Assembly (NCBI GenBank): GCA_951804945.1
Contig: OX638149.1
Span: 135,966,001-136,030,000 of the forward strand
Direction: 5' to 3'
DNA from: Podarcis cretensis
Taxonomy: Eukaryota
DNA length: 64,000 nucleotides
In this document: one piece after another, positions 62,804 to 64,000 of the stretch
Position numbering within the stretch: position 1 is the stretch's first letter
Layout of the letters: each line of letters opens with the position of its first letter
Notes under the pieces: model-generated
What the model was told of the DNA's origin: nothing
What the model saw: only the letters and a program-made list of their open reading frames with translations
Database searches by the model: none
Translations under genes and position numbers: made by a program

Positions 62804-63068
62804 GTATAGTATGATCACGTTTGCCACCTTATTCTGCCAACAAAGCTAGTGATCCTGTTCTTTCTTTGAAATGCTTATGAGGATATGAGGCTATGGAGGG
62901 CCACTTCTCAGGCTGTGTCCACACAGAAGCTGTTGTGTGACTTGTTTTTCATATCGGTGGAACACCAAAGCACAAGTGAGCCAGAAAACCACACACTCAT
63001 TGTGCTCTGTCCAATTAAATCATTCTCAAGTGGCTCAGTGCTGTGACTCCTGGTGCCATTATGAAGTA

Positions 63069-63289
63069 CAGTTGTACCTTGGAAGAAGAACGGAATCTGT
63101 TCTGGAAGTCCGTTCAACTTCTAAAACTTTAGAAAACCTCCTGCAGCCAATCAGAAACTGTAGGAAGCCCTGTCGGACGTTTGGGATCCAAAAGAACATT
63201 CGCAAACCGGAACAGTCACTTCCGGGTTTGCGGCGTTTGGGAGTCAAAACGTATGAGTTCCAGGGCGTTTGACAACCAAAGTACGACTG
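63069..63289. mobile_element. Tc1/mariner MITE
   Basis: TIR cagttgtacct / agtacgactg; TA TSD. Confidence 0.82.
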
Positions 63290-63334
63290 TATACAGTACA
63301 AGGCTTAACTAGTGTTGACGTAGATTATTTTAAT

Positions 63335-64000
63335 ATAATAATAATAATAATAAAATTTAGTTATATCCCACCCTCCCCAGCCGAAACCGGGCTCAGGGCG
63401 GCTAACAACACTAAAATAGTGCAACATTATAAAAACATTATAAAAATTAATTAAGATCAAAATTGATGGCAACCATAAACTAAAGTTCTATAAAGATTGC
63501 CAAAGGAGGGAGTCAGGCTGCGCCCTGACCAAAGGCCTGGTGGAACAGCTCTGTCTTGCAGGCCCTGCGGAAAGATGTCAAGTCCCGCAGGGCCCTTGTC
63601 TCTTGTGACAGAGCGTTCCACCAGGTTGGAGCCGCAGCCGAAAAAGCCCTGGCTCTAGTTGAGGCCAGCCTAACCTCTCTGTGGCCTGGGACCTTCAAGA
63701 TGTTTTTATTTGAAGACCGTAAGTTCCTCTGTGGGGCATACCAGGAGAGGCGGTCCCGTAGGTACGAGGGTCCTAGGCCGTATAGGGCTTTGAAGGTTAA
63801 AACCAGCACCTTAAACCTGATCCTATACTCCACCGGGAGCCAGTGCAGCTGGTATAGCACTGGATGAATGTGATCTCGCAGCGAAGACCCCGTAAGGAGT
63901 CTTGCTGTGGCATTCTGCACCCGCTGGAGTTTTTGGGTCAGTCTCAAGGGCAGCCCCACGTAGAGCGAGTTACAATAATCCAGTCTGGAGGTGACCGTCG
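63335..64000 (-). mobile_element. L2 LINE 3' end (runs off the window)
   Basis: ORF LQRVQNATARL...HIHPVLYQLHWLPV...KTELF; (TTA)n tail. Confidence 0.92.

Overview
This is vertebrate genomic DNA, most likely from a squamate and probably a lacertid lizard. That assignment is inferred from the repeat content: Sauria SINEs, BovB, CR1, L2 and small hAT/Tc1-mariner MITEs. The window holds two collagen VI genes head-to-tail on the + strand. The first is the 3' part of COL6A1: 14 coding exons from 11 to 13292 covering the end of the triple helix, a 9-nt microexon and the VWA domains C1 and C2, followed by a 3' UTR to about 14.64 kb. After a repeat-rich intergenic spacer of about 23 kb comes the 5' part of COL6A2: a CpG-island promoter and non-coding exon 1 at about 37.7-38.1 kb, then coding exons 2-20 from 41147 to 62803 (signal peptide, VWA N1, most of the triple helix). 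All coding exons were read by hand, have canonical AG/GT boundaries and join in frame without stops. Exon numbers follow the human orthologues from memory. I found no clear evidence of a new gene or a wholly new biological system. The most unusual items are: (1) a complete 1.8-kb L1-like retroposon with a promoter-bearing 5' end and an ORF1-like frame but no reverse transcriptase; (2) antisense solo LTRs with intact promoter motifs, two of them directly against COL6A2 splice sites; (3) a Sauria SINE with a 66-bp flanking duplication; (4) a target site hit twice, by BovB and by a SINE; (5) a three-level transposon nest; (6) two uORFs in the COL6A2 leader; and (7) a miR-29 site that alternative polyadenylation of COL6A1 could include or exclude.
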